From: Takakia lepidozioides | Lineage: Eukaryota; Plantae; Bryophyta | Direction of reading: 5' to 3' | Length of the DNA: 64,000 nucleotides | NCBI GenBank assembly: GCA_030704615.1 | Contig: CM060733.1 | Location: 73,222,001 to 73,286,000 of the forward strand | In this document: positions 1 through 11,710 of the stretch, piece by piece | How the letters are laid out: each line of letters opens with the position of its first letter | How positions within the stretch are numbered: the stretch's first letter is position 1 | Notes under the pieces: model-generated | Databases searched by the model: none | The model's input: the letters and a program-made list of their open reading frames with translations, nothing else | Told to the model about the DNA's origin: nothing | Program-made: the position numbers and the translations under genes

Positions 1-1005
1 TGGCCGAAAGAGAACATCCCCCGAATGAAAAACGGCGCCAAATTTCCATCGGAGGCCAACACCTGCTCGACAGAGCACATCTCCCGGATGGAAAAACGGC
101 GCCGAATTTCCATCGGAGGCCGACACCTGCTCGACAGAGAACATCCCCCGGATGGAAAAACGGCGCCGAATTTCCATCGGAGGCCGACACCTGGCCCAAA
201 GAGAACATCCCCCGGATGGAAAAACGGCGCCAAATTTCCATCCGTCCGCGCTCTGAATTACCTGCAGGATGGAAATTCGGCGCCGAATTTCCATCCGAGG
301 CCCGTAAGATGAAGCCCGTATCGGCACTTCTTCAACAACTTATAGTCGTTGCATCAAGTTTTTCGCATTTTTTTGTATGGCTACACACTAAACTAGGAGT
401 TTTTTTGCCAACATGCCACATTTCGCACGTTATTCCCACCATTCTGGTCCGCTTAAGACAAATTCGTTGCCGGTTTTCCATCGATGAGGTGGACCGAATT
501 ACCTGGCGGATGGAAATTCGGCGCCAGATTTCCATCCGCCCGCGTTCCGACTTACCTGCAGGATAGAAATTCGGCGCCGAATTTCCATCCGTCCGCGCTC
601 CGAGTTACCTGCAGGATGGAAATTCGGCGGCGGATTTCCATCCGCCCGCGCTCCGACTTACCTGCAGGATGGAAATTCGGCGCCGGATTTCCATTCGTCC
701 GCGCTCCGACTTACCTGGCGGATGGAAATTCGGCACCGAATTTCCATCCGTCCGCGCTCCGAATTACCTGCAGGATGGAAATTCGGCGCCGGATTTCCAT
801 CCGGCCGCGCTCCGAATTACCTGCAGGATGGAAATTCAGTGCCGGATTTCCATCCGGCCGCGCTCCGACTTACCTGGCGGATGGAAATTTGGCGCCGGAT
901 TTCCATCCGGCGTCTCCTGGATGAGAACTGCTCGGGCGGAGGGAGGGCCTCGTTGCGTCATACTTCATACGTTGGATGGAAATTCGGCGCCGATTTTTTC
1001 CATCC
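1..1005. repeat. Tandem array built on a 30-bp palindrome (GGATGGAAATTCGGCGCCGAATTTCCATCC)
   Basis: Palindrome variants start at about 23, 86, 150 and 214 (64-bp unit), then 267, then 508, 561, 614, 667, 720, 773, 826 and 879 (53-bp unit), and 974. The consensus is its own reverse complement. The ORFs here are repeat artefacts. Confidence 0.95.
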
Positions 1006-1639
1006 AGCGGGCAATTGACGAAGTCTCTGGGGGATATTCGGTGGGCGCCTGTGATCGACCTCCATACATTAATGGCGCAGTTGGGCATTAAATGTCCTCT
1101 GCCGTCGGTTTTGAACCGGGCTAGCGACAGAGGGATTCTGCGGTTGCTTCCCGGATACGCCTTGGAAACCCTATGCTAAACTTCTATTGGCAGAACACAT
1201 GGCGTGACCAAGTTGCCCCTATTCCAGGGGTGTTCTTGCCACTTCCAAACATATCGGATTTAATTGAAAAAATTGCATGAAGCCGTAGCAAGAACGACAA
1301 ACCCGGCTCTGGCAAATGTGGAAGAGAGTCAGCACTCGCCTAGAACGCTACGCATGATGGCAAGGTGGACCACACAACACTGGGTCCCTCTTTGACCACT
1401 CGAGCCCAGGCTCGAGCTCTCCGTACTGATGGAGGCACGTCCTCTACACCCGGAGCATCTGGAGATGACAACAATGAAGTAATAAATATAGATGAAGATG
1501 ACTAGAAAGGCTAGAAACGTAGGGAGTAGGCCAAATGTCTCAGGTTGCGAAAACTTAAATGTGCAACCCACTGTAGAGTCTACGTAATTTTTGAAAATAC
1601 GAGGTTCATCCTTTGAACCATTCTTGAATGACCTCATAC

Positions 1640-3838
1640 TTGTTCGGTACCTGTTTGACGACATGTACAATATACTGGCAAAGTTTCAAAACAATCAAAA
1701 ATTGCTGAATGAAGATACCATTAGCTCACCCATTGCAATATTTTAAATCGAACTCATACTTGTCCGGTACCTTTAGGAGGGCATGTACAATGCAATGGCA
1801 AAGTTTGAAAGCATTCAGAAATTGGCACATCAAGTAACCATTGGTTCCTCCTGTGAACCATTTTTTATTGATCTCATACTTGTCCGGTCCATGTAAGAGG
1901 CATGTAGAACATACTGGCAAAATTTCAAATCATTCAATTTTTTTATTTATCAAGGAACCTTTGGTTTATCCTTTTCACCATTAACGATTAATCACAAATA
2001 AATGAACAGATGAATAAATCATTTGCCTCCAAATGATTTTGGTTCGCTTTGAGACTTGGCCAGTATATTCAATGTACCATGGAAGAGGCCCCAGAGATCA
2101 ATCGAAATTCGTTCAATGGGCCAACGGATGGTTGCCTATCCAAATGATTTTTGTTCGCTTTGAGACTTGGCCAGTGTGTTCAATGTACCCTCTGATAGGT
2201 CCCAGTGTAATATGAGATCAATCGAAATTTGTTCGATGGGCCAATGAGGCGTCATCTGGTTTTTGTTCATTGCGAAAAAGAAATCCTGCAATGCGTGCAC
2301 GGCTATTGCACCCATTGAACGGATGTGGTTGAAGCCCCTCTTTTGCCCGCACGTGCTTGAACGTGTGTGCAACACATGTGCGGAAACACAACAGACGAAT
2401 AAATCATTTGCCTCCCCATCGACACCAAGCCATTCCATAATGTCATTGAATTTAAATTAATTTTAAGCCAATAAATAGGTTTGCACTGCCTTTCATTGGG
2501 GGTTTCTGGCACGTATCGATTTTGTTTCTGGCTCAATTTTGTTTTGCGGCTTCAAGCATTCCCACTGCTACTCCCCCGCCAAAATTTGGACCAGTCAAAA
2601 ATGCCCCCCAAAAAGAATGTTCTCTTCGCTCACTATTGCAGAACTCTCTATGAAGAGTGCATGAAGTAGAGCACAAATCAAGTTTGGAGTGCAAAACGGG
2701 CAAGAAACTGTGGGTCCAAATGAATCTTGATCGCTCCCAAATTTGGCACGCACGTTGCATATGGAGTCATTACACGCCCCATTCAAAAACAGAATGAAAA
2801 AAAAAACATGAGCACGCGAAACGCAGTCCAACAGGTCCCAAAGTAATAACAGATCCAACAAAATACATTCAATGGGTGAACAGATGGTTGCCCATCCAAA
2901 TCATTTTTGTTTGCTTCCAAACTTTGCCAGTACGTTTGAGACACCCTCCCACAAGTGTCGGACTAATATCAGATCAATCGAAATTCATTCGATGGCTCAA
3001 CGGATGGTTGGCCATCGAAATGATTTTGGTTCGCTTTGAGACTTGGCCAATATGTTCAATGTACCATGGAAGAGGCCTCAAAGTAATATGAGATCAACCG
3101 AAATTCGTTCAATGGGCCGAACGGATGGTTGCCTATCCAAATGATTTTCGTTCGCTTTGAGACTTGGCTAGTGTGTTCAATGTACCCTCTGATAGGTCCC
3201 AGTGTAATATGAGATCAATCGAAATTCGTTCAATGGGCCGTCATCTGGTTTTTGTTCATTACGAAAAAGAAATCCTGCAATGCGTGCACGGCTATTTAAC
3301 CCATTGAACGGATGTGGTTGAAGCCCCTCTTTTGCCCGCACGTGCTTGAACGTGTGTGCGACACATGTGCGGAGACACAACAGACGAATAAATCATTTGC
3401 CTCCCCATCGACACCAAGCCATTCCATAATGTCATTGAATTTAAATTAATTTTAAGCCAATAAATAGGTTTGCACTGCCTTTCATTGGGGGTTTCTGGCA
3501 CGTATCGATTTTGTTTTTTGCTCAATTTTGTTTTGCGGCTTCAAGCATCCCCACTGCTACTCCTCTGCCAAAATTTGGACCAATCAAAAATGCCCCCAAA
3601 AAAAAAGTTCTCTTCGCTCACTATTGCAGAACTCTCTTTGAAAAGTGCACGAAGTAGAGCACAAATCAAGTTTGGAGTGTAAAACGGGCAAGAAACTGTG
3701 GTTTTGGGTCCAAATGAGTTTTGATCGCTCCCAAATTTGGCACGCACGTTGCATATGGAGTCATTACACGCCCCATTCAAAAACAGAATGAAAAAAAAAA
3801 CATGAGCACGCGAAACGCAGTCCAACAGGTCCCAAAGT
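1640..3838. repeat. Array of ~120-bp subrepeats with a ~0.8-kb tandem duplication (2031-2844 ~ 3018-3838)
   Basis: The unit AAATGATTTTGGTTCGCTTTGAGACTTGGCCAG...AATATGAGATCAATCGAAATTCGTTC recurs. Near-identical ORF pairs (2303..2536 and 3292..3525) are offset by about 990 bp. Confidence 0.9.
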
Positions 3839-3849
3839 TTACAACACTC

Positions 3850-4770
3850 GTGTTGACAGCCTTGAAATTGTCCAACACCTCCTCCTGCTGGGGGTCTTTG
3901 CGCAACTCTGGAAGAAATGGCCCTTCATCCTGACGAGGCACCCAGTACCTCTCATTCATATCCTCCCAACGGATGCTAGCGGCCTCCAACTCCCTCAGAA
4001 ATAGGTCTCTCCCAATCGGTTCACGATTGTATGGGTTGTTTTCCGCTGGCACCCACGGATCCTCAAGTAGTCGGAAGAATCTTTGTCTGGTACAGCTCTA
4101 ATGCCCTCCCAAGTTCCGGCAAAAAAGCTCCCTTTGGACTGGGTCCCATATGCCTCTAACACGCACGGTTATTTCCCAGTTGGATGTCACCCAAAAGGTC
4201 ACCGGATCTTTAACCCTAGTTAACGTCTTCGCATCCAAGGCGTGCATCTCTCTTGGAGCATCCCATGTCATTGTCTCCCCCCAGTGCTGCCAATTTAAAA
4301 AATCGTAAGGCAATACATCCAATAGCATGTTGTACCGGTTGTACTCGTATCCCGTGGGCATATTGCCTTGCAACCCAAACAACTCGTAGAAACGTCGATG
4401 GATTGGTCCACGACAGTCAGGGCATTGGCTGGCTTGCATGGCTGCCGATATGAGACATGCGGGATGGAACAAATGGCCACATGAACCAAGCATATAGCCT
4501 CCCTCCGGTCCATAAGGGTTTAGGCACATTGTGCACACCGTACCATCTGTTACCCATGACGCTGGATTGCTCCGTGGTATCCATGTCCGTTTATCCTCAT
4601 GAATGTTGGATGACATCCTCGGCCCGCTGTCCCACTCCTCCTCTACTTCCAAATCCCAGTTTATGCTCTTATTGGTATCGGTAATTGTATGCACACAGTG
4701 CTCAAACATGGCATCCACATCACCCCATGTGGTGAATCCAGTGTACTTCGACGTGAATACATGGGGGTTG
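3850..4770 (-). pseudogene. RING-H2 zinc-finger protein, TE-associated, one in-frame stop
   Basis: CTMCLNPY...SCGHLFHPACL...QCPDC has RING-H2 spacing. ORF 4098..4718 continues in frame through a TAG at 4098-4100 into ORF 3777..4052. Confidence 0.75.
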
Positions 4771-4870
4771 CTATTTCATGAGCGGCATGAGCATGAGCGG
4801 AAAAAAAAGAATCATGAGCGGACCATTTGTATGAGTAAGCCGTCATTTTGTAATTGTCATTAGCATATCC

Positions 4871-5056
4871 CGAGCTGACCCAGAGACAGCTGTAACGATT
4901 ACACCGACATGTTCCTCCCCAAGGTTTTCACCGAGAATAACTTCGTCAAGTAGACAGGCCTCAATCCGGCCCTTAGCGATGACATCCATCTCGTCATTGA
5001 GAAGATTGCACATCTGATTTTGCCATGTATCTCTTCCGAATATCTAATGTGCGCCT
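4871..5056 (-). repeat. Dispersed repeat, second copy at ~27748-27937; codes a fragment resembling the En/Spm TNP1-type C-terminal domain
   Basis: The sequence is near-identical at both loci. The minus-strand peptide reads NLLNDEMDVIVEGRIVACLPDEVILGENLGEEHVGVIV in the 27.8-kb copy. Confidence 0.7.
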
Positions 5057-5443
5057 TTCTGACTCGAGGCACGCTTCTTCTTTATTGTGTCATGTGCAAC
5101 TTTTGTTCGTGCAGCTTCAATACCATCGGCACTGTCCTTTGTATTGTATCCTCCACAACATTTGTGCTCGCTCCAGCATCGGACCCCTCTCCCTCCATTC
5201 GCACACGTTTCTGAACTTGACTAACTTTCCAGACAACGGGTGTCCCAAGGGCTTCTCCAAGAGTTTCCGCGTCAATTACTGGACAAGAGTGTTCATAAGA
5301 TTGGAGAAGGGCAAGCTCATTGACCCCAAGGGAACATCCCCATGAAGGAGCAGCCAGCACTAAAAAAATCTAGCGTGGCTCGACTGCAGGGTTTGGACGA
5401 CAGCTAGATTTGGAAGGTTGCCGCCACGTTACTCAAGGACAAA

Positions 5444-6031
5444 GTGTCGATGTGTCATCCATACACTGGGCCTGACCCCGATGTTTGGAGTCTCGAGGAT
5501 TATTGCAAATACAAGAAGTTGATGAGGCACATTATTGATGATATCATGGTCGGTTTTGGATTTAAGGAGCCGACGAAGAACAACCGACATCCATACACAA
5601 AGGCGGAGTGGACGGCCATCCAACATAGGTACGAAATCAACAAGGCCCAGTTTGTGCAGTTTAAGAATGCTCTCGGGAACACCTACCTTAACGCGAAAAT
5701 GAAGGCAATGATAGGAAAGTAGAAGCAACCACTTCAATTTCTGAATTTAATTCAAGCTCTGAAAACGCTTGCAAAGTCGCCCCGAGGTTCGCTGGATAGA
5801 GTTTACAGTGTGTGCGAGATTGAAAACAAGGCTCGGGAGATTGGGACGGTGGCAATGTTCGCCACAAAAGCATTTGAAGTTGTTTCGCTCATCATGATCA
5901 GCACATTGAATGACCATCCAAAAAAGATCGAGCCCTGGACGGAGAATGAGTTCGCGGACCTCTTCAATGGCATGAGGTCAAGAAAAATCAGGACCATCGT
6001 ATTCTGTGTCATCACCGATACTGATAGCTCT
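5444..6031 (+). pseudogene. Degenerate ORF of unknown function
   Basis: ORFs 5444..5722 and 5810..6076 share a frame separated by one stop. The frame is cut at a CACTA motif at 6032. Confidence 0.35.
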
Positions 6032-6375
6032 CACTACACCATTTGGGGGAGGGGGGGGGGGGGGGGGGGGGGTTAGCGACGCCCCAAGCGACGATAATCG
6101 CGGATTTCCAGCCCGGTGGAAATTGCAAATCTGCGACGCCTTTGGCGTCGCAAATGCATCGCTATGGGGGCGTCACAGATTCCGGACTTAAGGCGACGTC
6201 AAGGGGGTCGCAGATTGCGCCACCCAGGAACCCAAGTGTTGCGACGCGTCTAGCGTCGGTAACACATGCGACGACCTAGGCGTCACATGTGGTTCAAGCA
6301 TGCACCGCCCGACAGGCGACGCGCAAAACGTCGCATTCAAGAGCGACGCCATGTGCGTCGCTTCCCCACTGTGTG
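6032..6375. mobile_element. Possible short CACTA-derived insertion
   Basis: Starts CACTACACCA, then a poly-G run and many GCGACGC/GCGTCGC subrepeats in both orientations. No perfect right TIR or TSD was found. Confidence 0.35.
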
Positions 6376-6482
6376 AGGAGGTGGAGTATGCCAAGATCGA
6401 CCATGGGTATGTGGGCCTCGTTACACGAATGAAGGCATGTAAGAAGCATAGGTGAGTTAGTACGGGAGACCTCCCCTGACCT

Positions 6483-7100
6483 GGGCTGTCATCAATGTGT
6501 GTTGGCCTCCGATAATAAAAAAATGTTGCCTTCTGCAATTCGCGTTTATCGACGGGCTTCCTGTTCCACACCTTCGTGGGCTCTGTCTCGTTTCGTGGCA
6601 ACAAATAAACAGGTATTTTTGAGTCAATTAGGTTGTACGCAACTAGCCTTGATTTTATCTCCAGCTTGTGCTTCTCACAGAGTGGTCGATATACCATATG
6701 TTGTGGGGCCAGAAAACAGCGGTCGATATCCACTTCTTGGACGTAATCAAATCCAAACGGGAATATATCCTGGTATTGCTCAATGAGAGTCTTCTCATCT
6801 TTCTTCGCCTCATCCATGTCAAAAATCTCGTCAAACTTCAGATGCCTCTTTTCTTGGCTATTCACGTATCGATGGTCTTCCATCGTTTCCTTCCCCCCTC
6901 TTCCTCGTCATCATCTCCAGTTCCATCCTTAGGCTTTCTGGCTTTTTCCGACTTTTTTTTCGTGTCCTCCAACTGCCTTTGTTATGATTGGAGTCGTTGT
7001 TCCTCCAATTGTTGTCTCTCCTTGACATTATTGTAGAGAATTCCGTCAAAATATTCCCAGCTCTCGAGGATTTCCATCTCCAAGTCGTCTTCGACAATAG
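6483..7100 (-). pseudogene. ParB/Srx-like domain exon (IIGGQHT type), frameshifted
   Basis: ORF 6188..6883 reads EVDIDRCFLAPQHMVYRPL...IPVYLLP...ATFF. A shift in the T-run gives IIGGQHTLMTAQ, followed by a GT donor. Confidence 0.55.
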
Positions 7101-7835
7101 GGACCCTGAATCCCAGCCGAATCGCGAATTCGCCTTTATTAAGGGGTTTTATCTGGACCCCCTTAACTTTAAAATGGAAGTTTTAAGGGAGGTATCGCCC
7201 CCTTCCGCCGAGGATATTTGAAGTCAAGTACCCGGGCGCTGGGGGGGGGGTGGGCCAAGGAACGGCCATTGTTTTATTAGATCTCGGGAATCACCTAAAG
7301 GGTTGAATTGTTATCATTCACCCGATGGACTGACCATTGAGGTTGAATTTTGGATTGCTCTAAGCAGGAGAGACTGACTTGGGAAAGCGGATCCGGTCCC
7401 TTCCTAGGAGGTAGGACACTAATCCACCTCGGTGGGGGGGGGGGGCATTGGGCGGGAGATAGATGATCCCCGTCTCCCTGGGCTTGGGATTCGTTTTGTG
7501 AAGGGATTTGAAGGTTCGTCCCGACTATAAGCGTGTTGGGAGTCCAGGCATGTAGGAAGTATTAATAAACAAAGACTTGGAAGGCAATTACGATTAAAGA
7601 CGTAGAAAACCCATAAACAAAACGTAGGACTAGGAAACGCAAATCGCGCTGTGAAGTGGAGTTGTTAAGCTTTGCTTTGCCAGTAGGAAGTTAGACTGTT
7701 TAGATCCGTCCATAGCTGCCATGGAGCCGGGTAGGCGGTTCGTTGAGCCCAACCTACACCACAACTTGCCACGACCCCTTAGGCTAGTATGTCGTCACCC
7801 TGGCCGTGCGCGACCAGGGCTTGTCAGCGTGGTTG

Positions 7836-8630
7836 GGGAGGCAAATGTTTGTTGCTTCTCTTGTTTCTCCGCACATGTGTTGCACACATATTCAAGCACA
7901 TGCGGGCAAAAGATGGGCCTCAACCTCATCCGTTCAATGGGTGCATTACCCATTCACCCATGACATGATGTCTTTATCGCAATGAACAAAATTGGATGAC
8001 ACGTGAACGCCTCATTGGCCCATTGGACGAATTTTGATTGATCTCATATTACTTTGGGACCTGTCAGATGGTACATTGGACATACTGGCCAAGTCTCGAA
8101 ACGAATGAAAATCATTTGGATAGGCAACCCTCCGTTGGCCCATTCGACAAATTTCGTTTCATGTCATATTACTCTGGGACCTCTTAGATGGTACATTGAA
8201 CACACTGGCAAAGTCTGAAAGCGAACCAAAATCATTTGGATGGGCAACCATCTGTTCAGCCATCGAATGATTTCATTTCATCTCATATTAGTCCGGGACC
8301 TGATACATGGTATGTTGAACATAGTTTGAAAGCAAACAAAAATCATTTGGTCAACCATTCGACCGCCATTCTTTTTTGCAATGAGCAAAATTTCATGATA
8401 GGTGAACGCGCCGTTGGCCCATAGAACGAATTTCGTTTCATCAAATATTACTCAGGGACCTGTGAGACGGTATACTGAAGACGCTGTGGAAGTTTTGAAG
8501 CGAACAAAAAATCATTTGGATGGGCATCCATCCGTTGGCCCATCAAACAAATTTCGTTTCATCTCATATTACACTGGGACCCGTCTTATGGTATGTTGAA
8601 CATACTGGCAAAGTTTGAAAGCCAACCAAA
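7836..8630. repeat. Inverted copy of the 120-bp subrepeat arm
   Basis: 7836-7950 is the reverse complement of about 2308-2417 and 3298-3405. Inverted ~120-bp units continue to about 8630. Confidence 0.85.
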
Positions 8631-8825
8631 CTCATCGTGCTTAATCTCCAGTGATTAATCTCACGGGATATTAATGTCACGAGAGACCTCCCTTGAGATT
8701 TACATCGTAGGGTCGAAGAGTATGAAAGAGTCAGTTTTGTCCATCGGTAAAAAGGTCACATGGAAAGGTGTCACTGACATTGATTCACTCTCGTATCATG
8801 TTCTTTCTAAAAAAGGAGAATATGT

Positions 8826-9604
8826 GTGGATTCAAGCACTGCATACGCTGAAATTTGGTCAGGGTGTCAGCCAAAACGTTGGCCAAGGTGTCATTATTTA
8901 GAAGATGAGAAGCTAATGTCCGAAATCCAAGCACTCTTCGATGCGGACAACATTGAACAAGGGAAATGCAGGCAGAACAAACCAAATGTTGATTTCAACA
9001 ATACTCCAGAAATACCGGATTCCGCTCCTCCTTCCCAAGCAGAGTATACCCCAGGAGAAGACAGCGAGTTGCCTACTGTCCACTAGAGTACATCCGAGAA
9101 AACTATACCCCACCTGAGTACATCCTAGAAGATTCACCAGAATACACCCCTGCCGAGTACATCCCTGCACATTCACCAGAATACACCCCTGCCGAGTACA
9201 TCCCAGCAGATTCACCAGAATACACCCCTGCCAAATACATTCCAGCAGATTCACCAGTATACACCCCTGCAGAGGACAAGTACACACCAGGAGGCTATAT
9301 TGAGAAACAAGATCTAGTAGAGTTCATCCCAGGACTTTATTCCCCACAAGAGCACGCCCTGGATTCACCTGTATATCCTCCCGGATCACAGTCCTTGAGT
9401 GCACAGGCATCGAGCTCAGTCGAAACCGACAAAATCTCCAAGATATTCCCTGATTGGGTTTCGGACAACGACTCTTGGAGTCCTGGATATTCTCCAGCAA
9501 CACCCCGAAGGGATCCTAAGCAGGAGAAGCTGAGAGCAGAGATCCGCACAACATATCAGAACTGGCTAGATAGCCCAATGCATTGTGGTGTGAACATAGG
9601 GTAA
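8826..9604 (+). pseudogene. Frameshifted ORF with a 39-bp tandem repeat (YTPAEYIPADSPE)
   Basis: About 4-5 copies of a 39-bp unit at 9085-9290. An open frame runs from there to the stop at 9604. Confidence 0.5.
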
Positions 9605-10419
9605 TTTCTCGACGTAGATTCTAGCAAACCATAGATGGTAGGTGGGGTTGCGTTTTGTGAGCTGATCACAGGAGGTCTCCCGTCTTTGTATTCAAGTACA
9701 TCTCTGGTGTACCTGAAGCACCCCTGGGTTTTTTATTTTATAAAGTACTTACTATTCTTATTCTCTTTCTGAACCCTCGAAGTTGCTGTTTATGTGTTGT
9801 GTTGATCACGGGAGATCTCCCGTCCTTAAATTGAGACATACCTCCATACGGTTCTGAAAGACCGTTGTGTTGGTTGTTATTTGATGTTTATATTAACGGG
9901 GTGTTTTAATGTTGATTACTCTGCCAGAACACAGATTCCAAGGGAATCAGTCACTGTGATGAGCGCTGAGATTGCCAGTGCCTTCATATACGCGCACATT
10001 GAAGGATTCACAATAAAACATCAGGGCTTCTACGAGCTAAAGAGGGATATCGACTACTGGGGTATCGATGTTTCAGACTCCCCGAACCCAGAGAAAGCCG
10101 TCTTCCGTTACTAGATCGGTTCGGAAAGGAGAACACTTCAGTATTGTGATGTGTTGGGAATTGAAACGGAGGACTCGGTGAGGGATAACAGAATTACCCT
10201 TGCTGTGTTCATCCGCGAAAACGGGCGGAAAGGGGAGAAGGTATTAGGATTCTCCGTTGATGCAATGAATCTGAGCTGAATAATAAAGAACAAATCATTA
10301 AAACCTTCGTACAAATGCATGAAATTCATAGAAATAGAGAATCATCGTAGAATGCTGGAGCTAACTAAATTACCCTCAAGGCTAATGTCTCCACTGGAAA
10401 GATAAACTCAGCGGCTACT

Positions 10420-11433
10420 TCATGTACAAGAATGCGACTACAATGGAAGAGGCTGAGACCAGGTACCAGACAGTGAGAGCATGGTGGTTCTGGTCAGGGG
10501 CTACTGATCAGGACGGTGTCAAAGAATTAGAAGATTGGTTGGTCTTCTGGCACTTCAGATACCGGCAATGGGGGGCTATTATGACTACTGTAAGTTGCCT
10601 TTCACCTCTGCAATCCCTTGTATGTGCCCAGTTTCTTTCCTTGTTCCCAGAACGGTCCGCGCTTGCATGAATGACGCTCTTTCATTTTCCTTTCACAGGA
10701 CACTCTCGATCGAACTATAATCTGGCTCCGTGTTTTCTTAACCGTCCAGGCTCTTTCTAAATTGTGTGAAATTAACTGAACATATACATGTACGCACCAG
10801 TTTGTACACTTTCAAATTTTTTGTGGCTGTCAGGACTACATCTACATTCAGCACAACTCAATTTTGCTACATGGTTGTTTACAGTTAAGTAATAAATCAT
10901 CGATGTTCGGAAGCTTCAGATAGTGTACGTGTACTTCAATATTGAAATGCGTGATTTTCGTTAATCAATGTACTACAGGTACAATATGCATCAATTTCGT
11001 GCAGCCGGGGTCCCTTGAGGACATTGCGGACATGCCGTCCTGCAACCTGGCAGAAAGCGTTCACGCCGCCTGGAAGTAGCAATCTGGCAAAGCAGGAAGA
11101 AATCTGTACATTGCTACAACAGATGATCTGGTACAAGCTCTAACCCAGCAAACAAGATATCGTGACTTCCTCAGGGGGCGATGTGGGGGCAAGGGACCAG
11201 ATACAACAGAGTTGATGCTGAGGGCTGCAAGAAGGTCCGGGGATCCAACAAAGATGGCAAAGGCAGTGGACAAGTGCACAATGGGCTCGCCTCTCCAATC
11301 AAGGGAGCCCCATCTGGAAGGAGAGGAAAGGTTCGGGACTTGCAAACGCAAGCTAAATACACCTCCAGGATCAGATGGGGATTCACATCTCGCAAAAGTT
11401 CATCTGAGTCAAGCAAGCACTCCACTGTGGTGA
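10420..11433 (+). mobile_element. Mutator-like (MULE) transposase C-terminal fragment, spliced, pseudogenised
   Basis: YKNATTMEEAETRYQTVRAWWFWSGA...WLVFWHFRYRQWG, a GT donor near 10590, then CNLAESVHAAWK*QSG...TDDLVQALTQ...GKGPD...LRAARRSGDP. NLAESVH resembles the MULE catalytic-Glu motif. Confidence 0.7.
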
Positions 11434-11570
11434 TGAGTTTCCAGCAATTGGTATCTCGTAACCAAAAATCAACATGTGTCGATGTGTCCATCCACTACCT
11501 AACCAGAATTGAGCCATTAACCCTACAGCCATCAACACTGCGTGTGGTGTCCGACGTTGTTGAGGAAGAC

Positions 11571-11710
11571 ATGCTCTCCGACACTCACCCCTATAGTCTG
11601 TCTGTGATCATAGAACAAACACTCTCCTACACTCTCCCCTACAGTCTGTCTGTGATCATAGAACGAACACTCTCCTACACTCTCCCCTACAGTCTATGGT
11701 GATAGAACGA
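11571..11710. repeat. 48-bp tandem repeat, 3 copies
   Basis: ACACTCTCCTACACTCTCCCCTACAGTCTGTCTGTGATCATAGAAC-type units at about 11571, 11619 and 11667. Confidence 0.9.

Noticed and set aside
1-1005. CRISPR array
   Set aside because: The spacers are themselves repeated, there are no cas genes, and the context is eukaryotic.
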